Below, piece by piece: positions 23,026 through 31,599 of a stretch of 45,110 nt of DNA (the stretch's first letter is position 1; every line of letters begins with the position of its first letter). The notes beneath the pieces were generated by a model, which saw nothing but the letters and a program-made list of their open reading frames with translations, did not search any database and had not been told where the DNA came from. The position numbers and the translations under genes were made by a program. The DNA is from Pseudomonadota bacterium (lineage in GTDB: Bacteria > Pseudomonadota > Alphaproteobacteria > Rhizobiales > Xanthobacteraceae), in assembly GCA_021815055.1 (NCBI GenBank), contig JAKAHJ010000001.1, forward strand, positions 1-45,110, read 5' to 3'.

Positions 23026-24858
23026 TCAATAAACCCGCGCCTTCGGCTCGACGTAAGCAACCTCGTTGGTGAGCGTGTAGGTGTGCACCGGGCGATAATC
23101 GAGCGTCACATGGCCCTTGTCGTCCAGCCACGACAGCGTGTGCTTCATCCAGTTCTTATCGTCGCGATCGGGGAAGTCCTCGCGCGCGTGCGCGCCGCGG
23201 CTCTCGGTGCGGTTCTTGGCCGAGTCCATGGTGACGACCGCCTGCGCGATCAGGTTGTCCAGTTCGAGCGTCTCGATCAGGTCGGAATTCCAGATCAGCG
23301 AGCGGTCGCTGACATGAAGATCGACCATGCCCGCATGGACGTCATGGATGAGCTTGTGCCCTTCCTCCAGCACCTCGCCGGTGCGGAAGACGGCGCAGTT
23401 GTTCTGCATCACGCGCTGCATATTGAGACGGAGCTTCGCGGTCGGCGTACCGCCGGAGGCGTTGCGGAATTTGTCGAGCCGCGTGAGCGGCAGTTCGGCC
23501 GAGTCCTTCGGCAGGTCGGGCTGCTTCTCGCCGGGTTTCAGGATCTCAGCGCAACGCAAAGCGGCGGCGCGGCCGAACACCACGAGGTCGATCAGCGAAT
23601 TGGAGCCGAGGCGGTTGGCGCCGTGCACCGACACGCAAGCCGCCTCGCCCAGCGCCATCAGGCCGGGAACGACGACATCGGTGTTGCCGTCCTTCTTGGT
23701 CAGCGCCTCGCCGTGATAGTTCGTGGCGATGCCGCCCATGTTGTAATGCACGGTCGGCAACACCGGGATCGGCTCGCGCGTCACGTCGACGCCGGCGAAG
23801 ATGCGCGCGGTTTCGCTGATGCCCGGCAGCCGCTCGTGCAGCACCTTGGGATCGAGATGATCGAGGTGCAGGTAGATGTGGTCTTTCTCTTTGCCGACGC
23901 CGCGGCCCTCGCGGATCTCGATGGTCATGGCGCGCGAGACCACGTCGCGCGAGGCCAGGTCCTTGGCGGACGGCGCGTAGCGCTCCATGAAGCGCTCGCC
24001 TTCGGAATTGACCAGGTAGCCGCCTTCGCCGCGCGAACCTTCGGTGATCAGGCAGCCGGCCGGATAGATGCCGGTCGGATGGAACTGTACGAATTCCATG
24101 TCCTGCAGCGGCAGGCCCGCGCGGAGAACCATCGCGTTTCCATCCCCGGTGCAGATATGCGCCGAGGTGCAGGAGAAATAAGTGCGCCCGTAGCCGCCGG
24201 TCGCGAGGATCGTCATGTTGGCGCGGAAGCGATGGATGCTGCCGTCGTCCATGTTGAGCGCGACGACGCCGCGGCAGCGGCCTTCCTCGTCCATGATCAG
24301 GTCGATGGCGAAATATTCGATGTAGAATTCGGCCGCATGGCGCAGCGCCTGGCCGTACATCGTATGCAGCATGGCGTGGCCGGTGCGGTCGGCGGCGGCG
24401 CAGGTGCGCTGCGCGGTGCCCTTGCCGTAATGCGTGGTCATGCCGCCGAACGGACGCTGGTAGATCTTGCCGTCTTCCTCGCGGCGCGAGAACGGCAGAC
24501 CCCAATGCTCCAGTTCGTAGACCGCGGCGGGCGCGTTTTTGCACATGTATTCGATCGCGTCCTGGTCGCCGAGCCAGTCGGCGCCCTTGACGGTGTCGTA
24601 CAAGTGCCAGCGCCAGTCGTCCTCGCCCATGTTGCCGAGCGCGGCGGCGATGCCGCCCTGCGCCGCCACCGTGTGCGAACGGGTGGGAAACACCTTGCTG
24701 ATGCAGGCGGTGCGCAGGCCCGCTTCGCTGCAGCCGACCACGGCGCGCAAGCCGGCGCCGCCGGCGCCGACAACAACAACATCGTAGGTGTGGTCCTCGA
24801 TCGGATAGGCGCGGCCGTTCACCGAAGGTCCGCCATCGGCTTTTCCACTGCTCGCCAT
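23026..24858 (-). CDS. sdhA: Succinate dehydrogenase flavoprotein subunit
   Basis: [16 protein letters not shown] (FAD His), [17 protein letters not shown]. Confidence 0.98.
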   Translation of the reverse strand: MASSGKADGGPSVNGRAYPIEDHTYDVVVVGAGGAGLRAVVGCSEAGLRTACISKVFPTRSHTVAAQGGIAAALGNMGEDDWRWHLYDTVKGADWLGDQDAIEYMCKNAPAAVYELEHWGLPFSRREEDGKIYQRPFGGMTTHYGKGTAQRTCAAADRTGHAMLHTMYGQALRHAAEFYIEYFAIDLIMDEEGRCRGVVALNMDDGSIHRFRANMTILATGGYGRTYFSCTSAHICTGDGNAMVLRAGLPLQDMEFVQFHPTGIYPAGCLITEGSRGEGGYLVNSEGERFMERYAPSAKDLASRDVVSRAMTIEIREGRGVGKEKDHIYLHLDHLDPKVLHERLPGISETARIFAGVDVTREPIPVLPTVHYNMGGIATNYHGEALTKKDGNTDVVVPGLMALGEAACVSVHGANRLGSNSLIDLVVFGRAAALRCAEILKPGEKQPDLPKDSAELPLTRLDKFRNASGGTPTAKLRLNMQRVMQNNCAVFRTGEVLEEGHKLIHDVHAGMVDLHVSDRSLIWNSDLIETLELDNLIAQAVVTMDSAKNRTESRGAHAREDFPDRDDKNWMKHTLSWLDDKGHVTLDYRPVHTYTLTNEVAYVEPKARVY

Positions 24859-24862
24859 GAGG

Positions 24863-25255
24863 TCAGACTCCGAACGACAGTTTCAGGATGGCGAAGCAGG
24901 CGGCCGCGGCCACAGCGACAACGAAGAAGGTGTTCGCCATCAGGGCGAGCAGCTTCAATTTGTCCTCGTGCACATAGTCGAGGATGATTTCCTGCATGCC
25001 GATCCACATGTGATAGGCGCTGTTGATGATGAACAACAACATGATGACGGCGACCGGCGAGGAGCCGAGAATCTGCACGGCCGCCGCGTGGTTGCGCCCG
25101 AGTAGCGAGATGGCGATGACGACGAGCGCGATGGTGAGAACAACGCCGGCCGCGCTGGTTACGCGCTGATGCCAGAAATGTCCGGTGCCGGAATGGGCGG
25201 CGCCCAGGCCGCGCACGCGCCGCATCGGGGTGCGCATTTGCGGAGCCCTGCTCAT
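24863..25255 (-). CDS. sdhD: Succinate dehydrogenase hydrophobic anchor subunit
   Basis: [31 protein letters not shown]; ATGA overlap with sdhC. Confidence 0.92.
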   Translation of the reverse strand: MSRAPQMRTPMRRVRGLGAAHSGTGHFWHQRVTSAAGVVLTIALVVIAISLLGRNHAAAVQILGSSPVAVIMLLFIINSAYHMWIGMQEIILDYVHEDKLKLLALMANTFFVVAVAAAACFAILKLSFGV

Positions 25256-25680
25256 CGCGGACCTCCCATCGCGAGATAGCCGATCACCCAGATCGCCAAA
25301 GTGAGCGCGATCGAGCCGACGATCGTCGTGAGCGTCAGCGTTTCGCGCTCGGCCGGCTCGAGGCCGTGCAGCGTGTCCCAGATCAGATGGCGAATGCCGC
25401 CCAGCATGTGGTGCATGAGCGCCCAAGTGTAGCCGAACAACAGCAGTTGCCCGATCAGGCTGCCGATGAACCGCTCGAAATTGGCGTAGGCATTGGGGCC
25501 GGCCGCCGCCGCGATCACCCACCAGGCGAGGAGCAGCATGCCGAAATAGAGCGCGGCGCCGGTGATGCGGTGGACGATGGACATCATCATCGTCAGCATC
25601 GGGCGGTAAATTTGCAGATGCGGAGACAGCGGGCGCGCCCGGCGCGCTCCCTGGTTGGTGCTCGCCTCAAGCTCGGCCAT
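25252..25680 (-). CDS. sdhC: Succinate dehydrogenase cytochrome b556 subunit
   Basis: RPLSPHLQIYR, SIVHRITG, GIRHLIWD; GGGAGAG upstream of MAELE. Confidence 0.93.
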   Translation of the reverse strand: MAELEASTNQGARRARPLSPHLQIYRPMLTMMMSIVHRITGAALYFGMLLLAWWVIAAAAGPNAYANFERFIGSLIGQLLLFGYTWALMHHMLGGIRHLIWDTLHGLEPAERETLTLTTIVGSIALTLAIWVIGYLAMGGPR

Positions 25681-25906
25681 TCGTCGCTCTCCCACACTCC
25701 GCACCGCCGGAACCCTGTCGGCGATCGCGGGCGGTTGGTAGCCAAAGCAAACACCCGCCGCAACGCATGTCGAGGCCGGGGCAGATGCCAAACTCACGCT
25801 GAACTTGTTCTAACTTCTTCAAAGGCGAAGCTATCTCCTGTAAAATGCCCGTTCAATGCGTGGTTAACGTAGCCACCCTTCGCAAATTAAGAAGGAATAG
25901 GTCGCA

Positions 25907-26794
25907 ATGCGGTACGATTTCACTGACCTCAGCCTGTTCCGCCATACCGTCGAAGCGGGCAGCATTACCCAGGGGGCCGCCCGGGCGAACCTGGCGCTGG
26001 CCGCCGCCTCGACCCGCATCCGCAAGATGGAACTCGCCTTCGGCACCGAGCTTCTGGTGCGCGGGCGCGCGGGGGTCACCCCGACGCAGGCCGGGCGCAC
26101 ACTCTTGCAGCATGCGCGCGGTATCCTGGCGCAGACCGAGCGGATGCAGGAGGACCTCTCCCCTTACGCGCGCGGGCTCGCCGGGCAGGTGCGCGTGCTG
26201 TCCAACACCAATGCGCTCACCGAGTTCCTGCCCGAGACGCTGAGCTCGTTCCTGATGGCCTATCCGGACATCAGCGTCGATCTCGAGGAGCGGCTGTCCG
26301 ACGAGATCGTCGGCCTGATTGCCGAGGGCGCCGGCGATGTCGGCATCGTCGCCGGCACGGTGGACTACGGCGGCCTGCACACCTTCCCGTTTCGCAGCGA
26401 CCGTTTCGTGCTCGTGGTGGCGCGCGATCATCCGCTGGCCGCGCGCACGACGATCGGATTCGCCGAGGTGTTGCACTACGACATGGTGGGGCTCGACCGT
26501 GCCAGCGCCATCCAGCGCTTTCTCGCCGACAAGGCCGCGCGCATCGGCCGTCCGATCCGGCTGCGCGTGCAGTTGCGCTCGTTCGACGCAATCTGCCGTC
26601 TGGTCGAAGCCAATGTCGGCGTCGGCATCGTGCCGGAAACGACGGTCAGGCGCACCGAGCGCAACATGGCGATCACCGCCGTGCAGCTCGCCGATTCCTG
26701 GGCATTGCGCGAATTGACCATCTGCGTGCGCGACGAGAATGCCTTGCCGCCCTATGCGCGGCAGTTGGTGGATCACTTGAGGGCGAGCGCGTGA
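25907..26794 (+). CDS. LysR-family transcriptional regulator, divergent from sdhC
   Basis: N-terminal HTH (GSITQGA...LALAAASTRIRKME), LysR substrate-binding domain. Confidence 0.9.
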   Translation: MRYDFTDLSLFRHTVEAGSITQGAARANLALAAASTRIRKMELAFGTELLVRGRAGVTPTQAGRTLLQHARGILAQTERMQEDLSPYARGLAGQVRVLSNTNALTEFLPETLSSFLMAYPDISVDLEERLSDEIVGLIAEGAGDVGIVAGTVDYGGLHTFPFRSDRFVLVVARDHPLAARTTIGFAEVLHYDMVGLDRASAIQRFLADKAARIGRPIRLRVQLRSFDAICRLVEANVGVGIVPETTVRRTERNMAITAVQLADSWALRELTICVRDENALPPYARQLVDHLRASA

Positions 26795-26814
26795 TTTTTC
26801 TTCTTACCTCCCCA

Positions 26815-26947
26815 TAGAGCCTGTTCCGATGAGATGGAATCAGTTCCGTCATTGCGAGGAGCCCTGAAAGGGCGACGAAGCAATCCAGTGTTGCGCACTC
26901 GGCCTCTGGATTGCTTCCCCCTCGCTGCGCTCGGGGTCGCAATGACG
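26815..26947. repeat. Palindromic element family A, copy A3
   Basis: TAGAGCCTGTTCCGATGAGATGGAATCAGTTCCGTCATTGCGAGG...GGGGTCGCAATGACG; near-identical inverted counterpart of A2. Confidence 0.92.
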
Positions 26948-26986
26948 GGTCAAGGGGTCAGCTTTCGTCGCAGCAAAATGAGCCCC

Positions 26987-28051
26987 TCACCTCGGCATCA
27001 GCACCCAATAATCCAGATCCAAAATCACCGCCGGGTCGTAGTCCTCGCCTTGCTTGAACGGGAAATCCGCGCACGGCCTGTCCTTGGTGGCAATCGTGCG
27101 CAGGCGAAGTGCACCGACATCGGTGCGGCCCGGCAATTCGGCGGTCGCCAGCACTTCCGACCAGGCGAACACGGTGAGCCCCGCGAACAGCGGCGCAACG
27201 TGCCGGCCGCCATTGATCGCGGCGACATGGAAAGCGTTGCCGAGCCCGTTGAACGAAAGAGCCCGTGCGAGCGAGATCACATGGCCGCCATAGATCAGCC
27301 GCTTGCCGAAGCGGTCCTTGCTCTGGGCGAACAGGTTGAAGTGCACCTTGGCCGTGTTCTGGTAGAGCCGCGTCGCGATCTGGTGCTCGGCTTCCTCGAC
27401 CGTCATGCCGTCGGCGTGGTCGATCTTCTCGCCCGCTTTGTAATCGCCGAAACGGTGCGGGCTGCCGGCCAGAACGGTGTCGTAAGCGGAGACGTCGATC
27501 GCAGGGCAGGCGGCGCCGAGCGCGGCCGGCTCGACTGCTTTCGGCAGTTGCGGCACTTTTTCGCCCGGCGCCGGCGCCGCCTCGTCGCGCTTTCGCACCA
27601 TCACCCAGCGCGCATAGTCGATGACCGGCGCGCCGTGCTGGTTGAAGCCGCGCGAGCGCACATAGACGATGCCGGTCTTGCGGTTGGAATTCTCCTTCAG
27701 CCCGATGACCTCGGACTCCGCGCGCAGCGTGTCGCCGGGATAGACCGGCGCCAGAAAGCGGCAATCGGCATAGCCGAGATTGGCTACCGCGTTGAGCGAG
27801 ATGTCGGGCACGGTCTTGCCGAACACGATGTGGAAGACCAGAAGGTCGTCGATGGGCGAGCGCGGATAGCCGATCGCGCGGGCGAATTCGTCCGACGACT
27901 GCGCGGCGAAGCGCGCGCCGAACAACCCGTTGTAGAGCGCGACATCGCCGAGCGTGACCGTGCGCGGCGTAGCGTGGCGGATTTTCTGGCCGAGGCGGAA
28001 ATCCTCGAAGAAATGGCCGGCGTTGGTTTTGGATGGCGTCGAACGAGTCAC
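26987..28051 (-). CDS. Double MaoC/hot-dog dehydratase (mesaconyl-CoA hydratase-like)
   Basis: GHFFEDF, FHIVFGKTVPDISLNAVANLGY, QNTAKVHF, YGGHVIS. Confidence 0.85.
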   Translation of the reverse strand: MTRSTPSKTNAGHFFEDFRLGQKIRHATPRTVTLGDVALYNGLFGARFAAQSSDEFARAIGYPRSPIDDLLVFHIVFGKTVPDISLNAVANLGYADCRFLAPVYPGDTLRAESEVIGLKENSNRKTGIVYVRSRGFNQHGAPVIDYARWVMVRKRDEAAPAPGEKVPQLPKAVEPAALGAACPAIDVSAYDTVLAGSPHRFGDYKAGEKIDHADGMTVEEAEHQIATRLYQNTAKVHFNLFAQSKDRFGKRLIYGGHVISLARALSFNGLGNAFHVAAINGGRHVAPLFAGLTVFAWSEVLATAELPGRTDVGALRLRTIATKDRPCADFPFKQGEDYDPAVILDLDYWVLMPR

Positions 28052-28075
28052 GGAATTCGTCCTACATTCACATAT

Positions 28076-28483
28076 TCATCGTGCCGAAAACGGATTCAAC
28101 AGTTTAACGCCGAAGCCTGAAAAATCCTTGATGTTTCGCGTAACTATCGTCAGCTCATGTTGGATGCCGGTTGCTGCAATCATGGCGTCCTCGATCAAGG
28201 TGTCAGATCGCCGGTGCATGAGCTTGGCCCATGTTCGGAAAGTCTCGCCGTCCATCGCCAATATATTCCACGTGCCGGCGACTTGATCCGCCCAGGCCTC
28301 GATTTCGGCCGCCCTCGATGGATCTTGCTCGCGTGTTATCTCGATGCCCGCTTGGATCTCCCCGAGCGTCACCGCCGACAGATGGAGATCGCGATCTTCG
28401 ACACCCTGAATCCAAGCAAGGACCGCGCCATGCGGCTTTGGCTTGCGCAGTTCCGAAACGACATTGGTATCGAGGAGATACAC
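28076..28483 (-). CDS. vapC: VapC-family PIN-domain toxin
   Basis: YLLDTNVVSELRK, LSAVTLGEI, DAMIAAT, VTRN.KDF; GTG start. Confidence 0.92.
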   Translation of the reverse strand: MYLLDTNVVSELRKPKPHGAVLAWIQGVEDRDLHLSAVTLGEIQAGIEITREQDPSRAAEIEAWADQVAGTWNILAMDGETFRTWAKLMHRRSDTLIEDAMIAATGIQHELTIVTRNIKDFSGFGVKLLNPFSAR

Positions 28484-28491
28484 GGCGCGCG

Positions 28492-28645
28492 CTAGTGTCC
28501 CGATGAGACGGAATCGGTATCGTCATTGCGAAGAGCCCTGAAAGGGCGACGAAGCAATCCAGGCCGAAAAGCAAGGCTGGATTGCTTCACCCTCGCTTCG
28601 CTCGGCTTCGCAATGACGGATCAGCCTGGTCGTGAACCGCGCTAG
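28492..28645. mobile_element. Family A copy A4: CTAG-bounded MITE-like element between antitoxin and toxin
   Basis: CTAG at both ends (28492-28495, 28642-28645), both outer arms and full palindromic core. Confidence 0.75.
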
Positions 28646-28929
28646 CCGATCCGTTGCGGCGGCCGGCGCCGACGCTCGCCACGGGGCGGAATGCTCAGGT
28701 CGCCGCGCGCTTCCGCGCTCAGCAGAAGCTCCTTGAGCGTCGGGCGAGCCTGACTGGAAAGCCTTTGCCATTGTTCTGCCGGCACCAGCACGGCGGCCTC
28801 GGTCCCGCGCCGCGTGATCATCTGGGGACCTTTTTCCAGGCACGCATCGAGCATCTCGCTGAAGCGGGCCTTGGCGTCCTGAACAGGCCAGTCTTTCATG
28901 GACGGTTTCATAGGTGCTCTCTTACGCAT
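28642..28929 (-). CDS. Phd/YefM-family antitoxin (start could be 28911 or 28899)
   Basis: W.VQDAKARFSEML, GPQMITRRG.EAAVLV; upstream of vapC. Confidence 0.88.
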   Translation of the reverse strand: MRKRAPMKPSMKDWPVQDAKARFSEMLDACLEKGPQMITRRGTEAAVLVPAEQWQRLSSQARPTLKELLLSAEARGDLSIPPRGERRRRPPQRIG

Positions 28930-28930
28930 A

Positions 28931-28982
28931 AGTTATCTGACTAGTTAGATAACTAGTTATAGCGCCGGGGCGGCGCCGTCAA
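28931..28982 (-). promoter_or_regulatory. TA promoter with palindromic operator
   Basis: Minus-strand TTGACG ... TATAAC/TAACTA; inverted repeat AGTTATCT-GACTAGTT-AGATAACT (28931-28954) and perfect palindrome ATAACTAGTTAT (28949-28960). Confidence 0.65.
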
Positions 28983-28995
28983 GACGATGCGCGCA

Positions 28996-29117
28996 GGGCG
29001 AAGGTCCAGCACAGCCCATCGTCATTGCGAGGAGCCCTGAAAGGGCGACGAAGCAATCCAGGCCAAAAAGCAAGGCTGGATTGCTTCACCCTCGCTTCGC
29101 TCGGGTTCGCAATGACG
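28996..29117. repeat. Family A copy A5 (core 29020-29117) with leader AGGGCGAAGGTCCAGCACAGCCCAT
   Basis: Core nearly identical to that of A4; ends 78 nt upstream of the GIY-YIG gene. Confidence 0.9.
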
Positions 29118-29195
29118 GGCGGGGTTGCTCCCCTCGCAGTGAGGAGGGATCGCCATCGGCTGGTGCTAAGCGCGATGAGGCACTAACCTTGGCGC

Positions 29196-29486
29196 ATGGC
29201 TAGACAACCGGCGGTCTACATTCTGGCAAGCCGTCGAAATGGGACGCTGTACACCGGCGTCACATCGAATTTACCGCAACGCGTCTGGCAGCACCGGACC
29301 GGCGCCGTTCGCGGTTTTACGAAGCAATACGGCTGCAAGACGCTCGTCTGGTATGAAATGCATTCGACAATGCTCGATGCCATTGCCCGGGAAAAACAGC
29401 TCAAAGGCGGCCCGCGCAAGAAAAAACTCGCGCTCATCGAGGCGTCGAACCCGGCTTGGCGGGATCGGTTCGACGACTTGATGTGA
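29196..29486 (+). CDS. Stand-alone GIY-YIG nuclease (96 aa)
   Basis: AVYILAS..NGTLYTGVTSNL..RVWQH, FT..Y, LVWYE, AIAREKQLK, IE..NP.W.D; catalytic Tyr/Arg/Glu present. Confidence 0.9.
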   Translation: MARQPAVYILASRRNGTLYTGVTSNLPQRVWQHRTGAVRGFTKQYGCKTLVWYEMHSTMLDAIAREKQLKGGPRKKKLALIEASNPAWRDRFDDLM

Positions 29487-29503
29487 CGTTACTGCGGGGC
29501 CGA

Positions 29504-29692
29504 AGGGGCAAAATTCAGCCCAGCCCATCGTCATTGCGAGCCCGAAGGGCGAAGGTTCAGCGCAGCCCTCGTCATTGCGAGGAGCCCTGAAAGGGCGACG
29601 AAGCAATCCAGTGTCGCGCATTCGGCTTCTGGATTGCTTCACCCTCGCTTCGCTCGGCTTCGCAATGACGGATCAACCTGATCGCGAACCGC
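29504..29692. repeat. Family A copy A6: half unit (29529) plus full core (29570-29670) plus outer arm
   Basis: Tandem ...CAGCCC(A)TCGTCATTGCGAG leaders, then core, then GATCAACCTGATCGCGAACCGC. Confidence 0.9.
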
Positions 29693-29712
29693 CGTAATCC
29701 CTGCTCCGGCTG

Positions 29713-31338
29713 TCACAAATCCAGCTTCTTCTGTGTCTCGGTGTTCTCGCGCTTGGCCTTCTTGAACACGGTAGGGTCGATCCACGGCATATGCGGCTTC
29801 TTGCCGTCGAACAGGTCCTCGACGGTGAGGATCTGGATTTTCTCGAACTTGCCGTAGTCGGTTTCGTAGAACCCGGCCTTGGCGGCGGCGGTGCGCATGC
29901 CGGTGGTCGGGTCCTCCAGCGTGAGGAACACGCCCATCTTGGCCTTCTCGGAGTCCACGGTGCCGACGAGATCGCGCACCATGTTCGGGTTGAGATTCTG
30001 ACCGCCCTTGACCGACACCACGGCCTTCTCGGTCACCTTGCCGTCCGGCTTGAAATAAAGATAGCCGTCGATGCCGGTGTCGCCGCCCTTCTTGCCGCCC
30101 TTGTAGGGCTGCGCCTCGATCATCGACAAAGCCCAGAGCTGGAACTGGTGCTTGTCCTGCAAGGCCAGTTCGCGCGCCGCGCCGATGTCTTTGGGCACGC
30201 CTTGAATGTCGAATTGCGCCTGCGGGAAGGCGTCGATCAGCCGCCGCTTGATGAGACCGATGGCGAGATGCGTGATGTCGATGCCGATCCAGCGGCGCTT
30301 GAGCTTCTGCGCGGCGTGGACGGTGGTGCCGCAGCCGCAGAAGGGATCGAGCACCAGATCGCCTTCGTTGGAGGAGGCGGAGAGAATGCGTTCGAGCAGG
30401 GCGAGAGGTTTTTGCGTGGGATAGCCAAGGCGTTCTTGGGCTTGGGAATTGATCGGGGGAATATCCGTCCACACGTCGCTGAGCGGGAGCCCCCTTTGCT
30501 CATCTAAGTATCGTTTTAGCTGCGGGACGGTTCCAGGATTCGTCTGAATCACAAGTCCCTTTTCATAAGCCTCCTGCATACGCTCACGCGTCCATCTCCA
30601 AACGCGGGTTACGCCCAGAAATTCATACGTGAGATTTGGCCGATTGGCGTTGGGGTTTATCAGGCTATCGAGCCGAAAAATGCGGCCATCCTTGTCTCGA
30701 TGCTTGTATTTTTCGGCGGTCTTCTCTGGTAAATCGCTCTGGTCATATTCAATAAACAATGCGTCTTCATTCCAAACGAAATCATCCGACTTCTGATAGA
30801 ATAAAATCGTATCATGATTTGTCGGAAGCCGTCGCGACATCAAACTTTTGCCAGTTGATCGTTGCCAGATTATCTCATTGCTGAATCGTTGAGGTCCAAA
30901 TACCGAATCCAACAAAATCTTCAAATAATGACTCGCCGTCGGATCGCAGTGCAAATAAAGCGAGCCGGTCGGCTTGAGCACGCGATGCAATTCCAAGAGC
31001 CGCACCGCCATCATGGCGAGATAGGCCATCATGTCGTTCTCTTTCAGGAACGAGCGCATGGCGCGCAGCATCTCTGCGGCGTCGGAATTGCCCGATTTGA
31101 TCACCTGGTCGAAGGCTTCTTCGGCATGGATGTTCCAATGCCAGGTGTCGCCGAAGGCCTCGATCTGCGCTTGCGACTGCTCGCCGGTCGGCGCGTGGAA
31201 CAGCACATTGTAGGTGGCGTTCGAATTGAACGGGGGATCGAGATAGACCAGATCGACCGTCTCGTCGGCGATATATTCGCGCAGAATGTCGAGATTATCG
31301 CCATAGAACAGCGTGTTGGCGGCAGGCGTCTTGGGCAT
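29713..31338 (-). CDS. Beta-class N6-adenine/N4-cytosine DNA methyltransferase with C-terminal Mrr-like extension
   Basis: Motif IV DPPF precedes motif I DPFCGCGTT; YPTQKP; C-terminal D.GIDG...VSVKGG; no partner REase gene nearby. Confidence 0.88.
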   Translation of the reverse strand: MPKTPAANTLFYGDNLDILREYIADETVDLVYLDPPFNSNATYNVLFHAPTGEQSQAQIEAFGDTWHWNIHAEEAFDQVIKSGNSDAAEMLRAMRSFLKENDMMAYLAMMAVRLLELHRVLKPTGSLYLHCDPTASHYLKILLDSVFGPQRFSNEIIWQRSTGKSLMSRRLPTNHDTILFYQKSDDFVWNEDALFIEYDQSDLPEKTAEKYKHRDKDGRIFRLDSLINPNANRPNLTYEFLGVTRVWRWTRERMQEAYEKGLVIQTNPGTVPQLKRYLDEQRGLPLSDVWTDIPPINSQAQERLGYPTQKPLALLERILSASSNEGDLVLDPFCGCGTTVHAAQKLKRRWIGIDITHLAIGLIKRRLIDAFPQAQFDIQGVPKDIGAARELALQDKHQFQLWALSMIEAQPYKGGKKGGDTGIDGYLYFKPDGKVTEKAVVSVKGGQNLNPNMVRDLVGTVDSEKAKMGVFLTLEDPTTGMRTAAAKAGFYETDYGKFEKIQILTVEDLFDGKKPHMPWIDPTVFKKAKRENTETQKKLDL

Positions 31339-31365
31339 TGGCAGTGATTCCCCCTCGGCCGGACG

Positions 31366-31526
31366 CTAGAGCGGTTCACGATCCGGTTGATCCGTCATTG
31401 CGAACCCGAGCGAAGCGAGGGTGAAGCAATCCAGAAGCCGAATGCTCGATACTGGATTGCTTCGTCGCCCTTTCAGGGCTCCTCGCAATGACGGAACTGA
31501 TTCCATCACATCGGGACATGCTCTAG
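31366..31526. mobile_element. Family A copy A7: complete 161-bp element with CTAGAGC terminal inverted repeats
   Basis: Starts CTAGAGCGG, ends ATGCTCTAG; both arms and core present, reverse orientation. Confidence 0.8.
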
Positions 31527-31599
31527 CGAACGGGAGGCCGATTGCAAGCGGGGCGGGTAGGGCTGCCGGCTCGCGGAATCGACCCTCTCCGCTTGCTCC

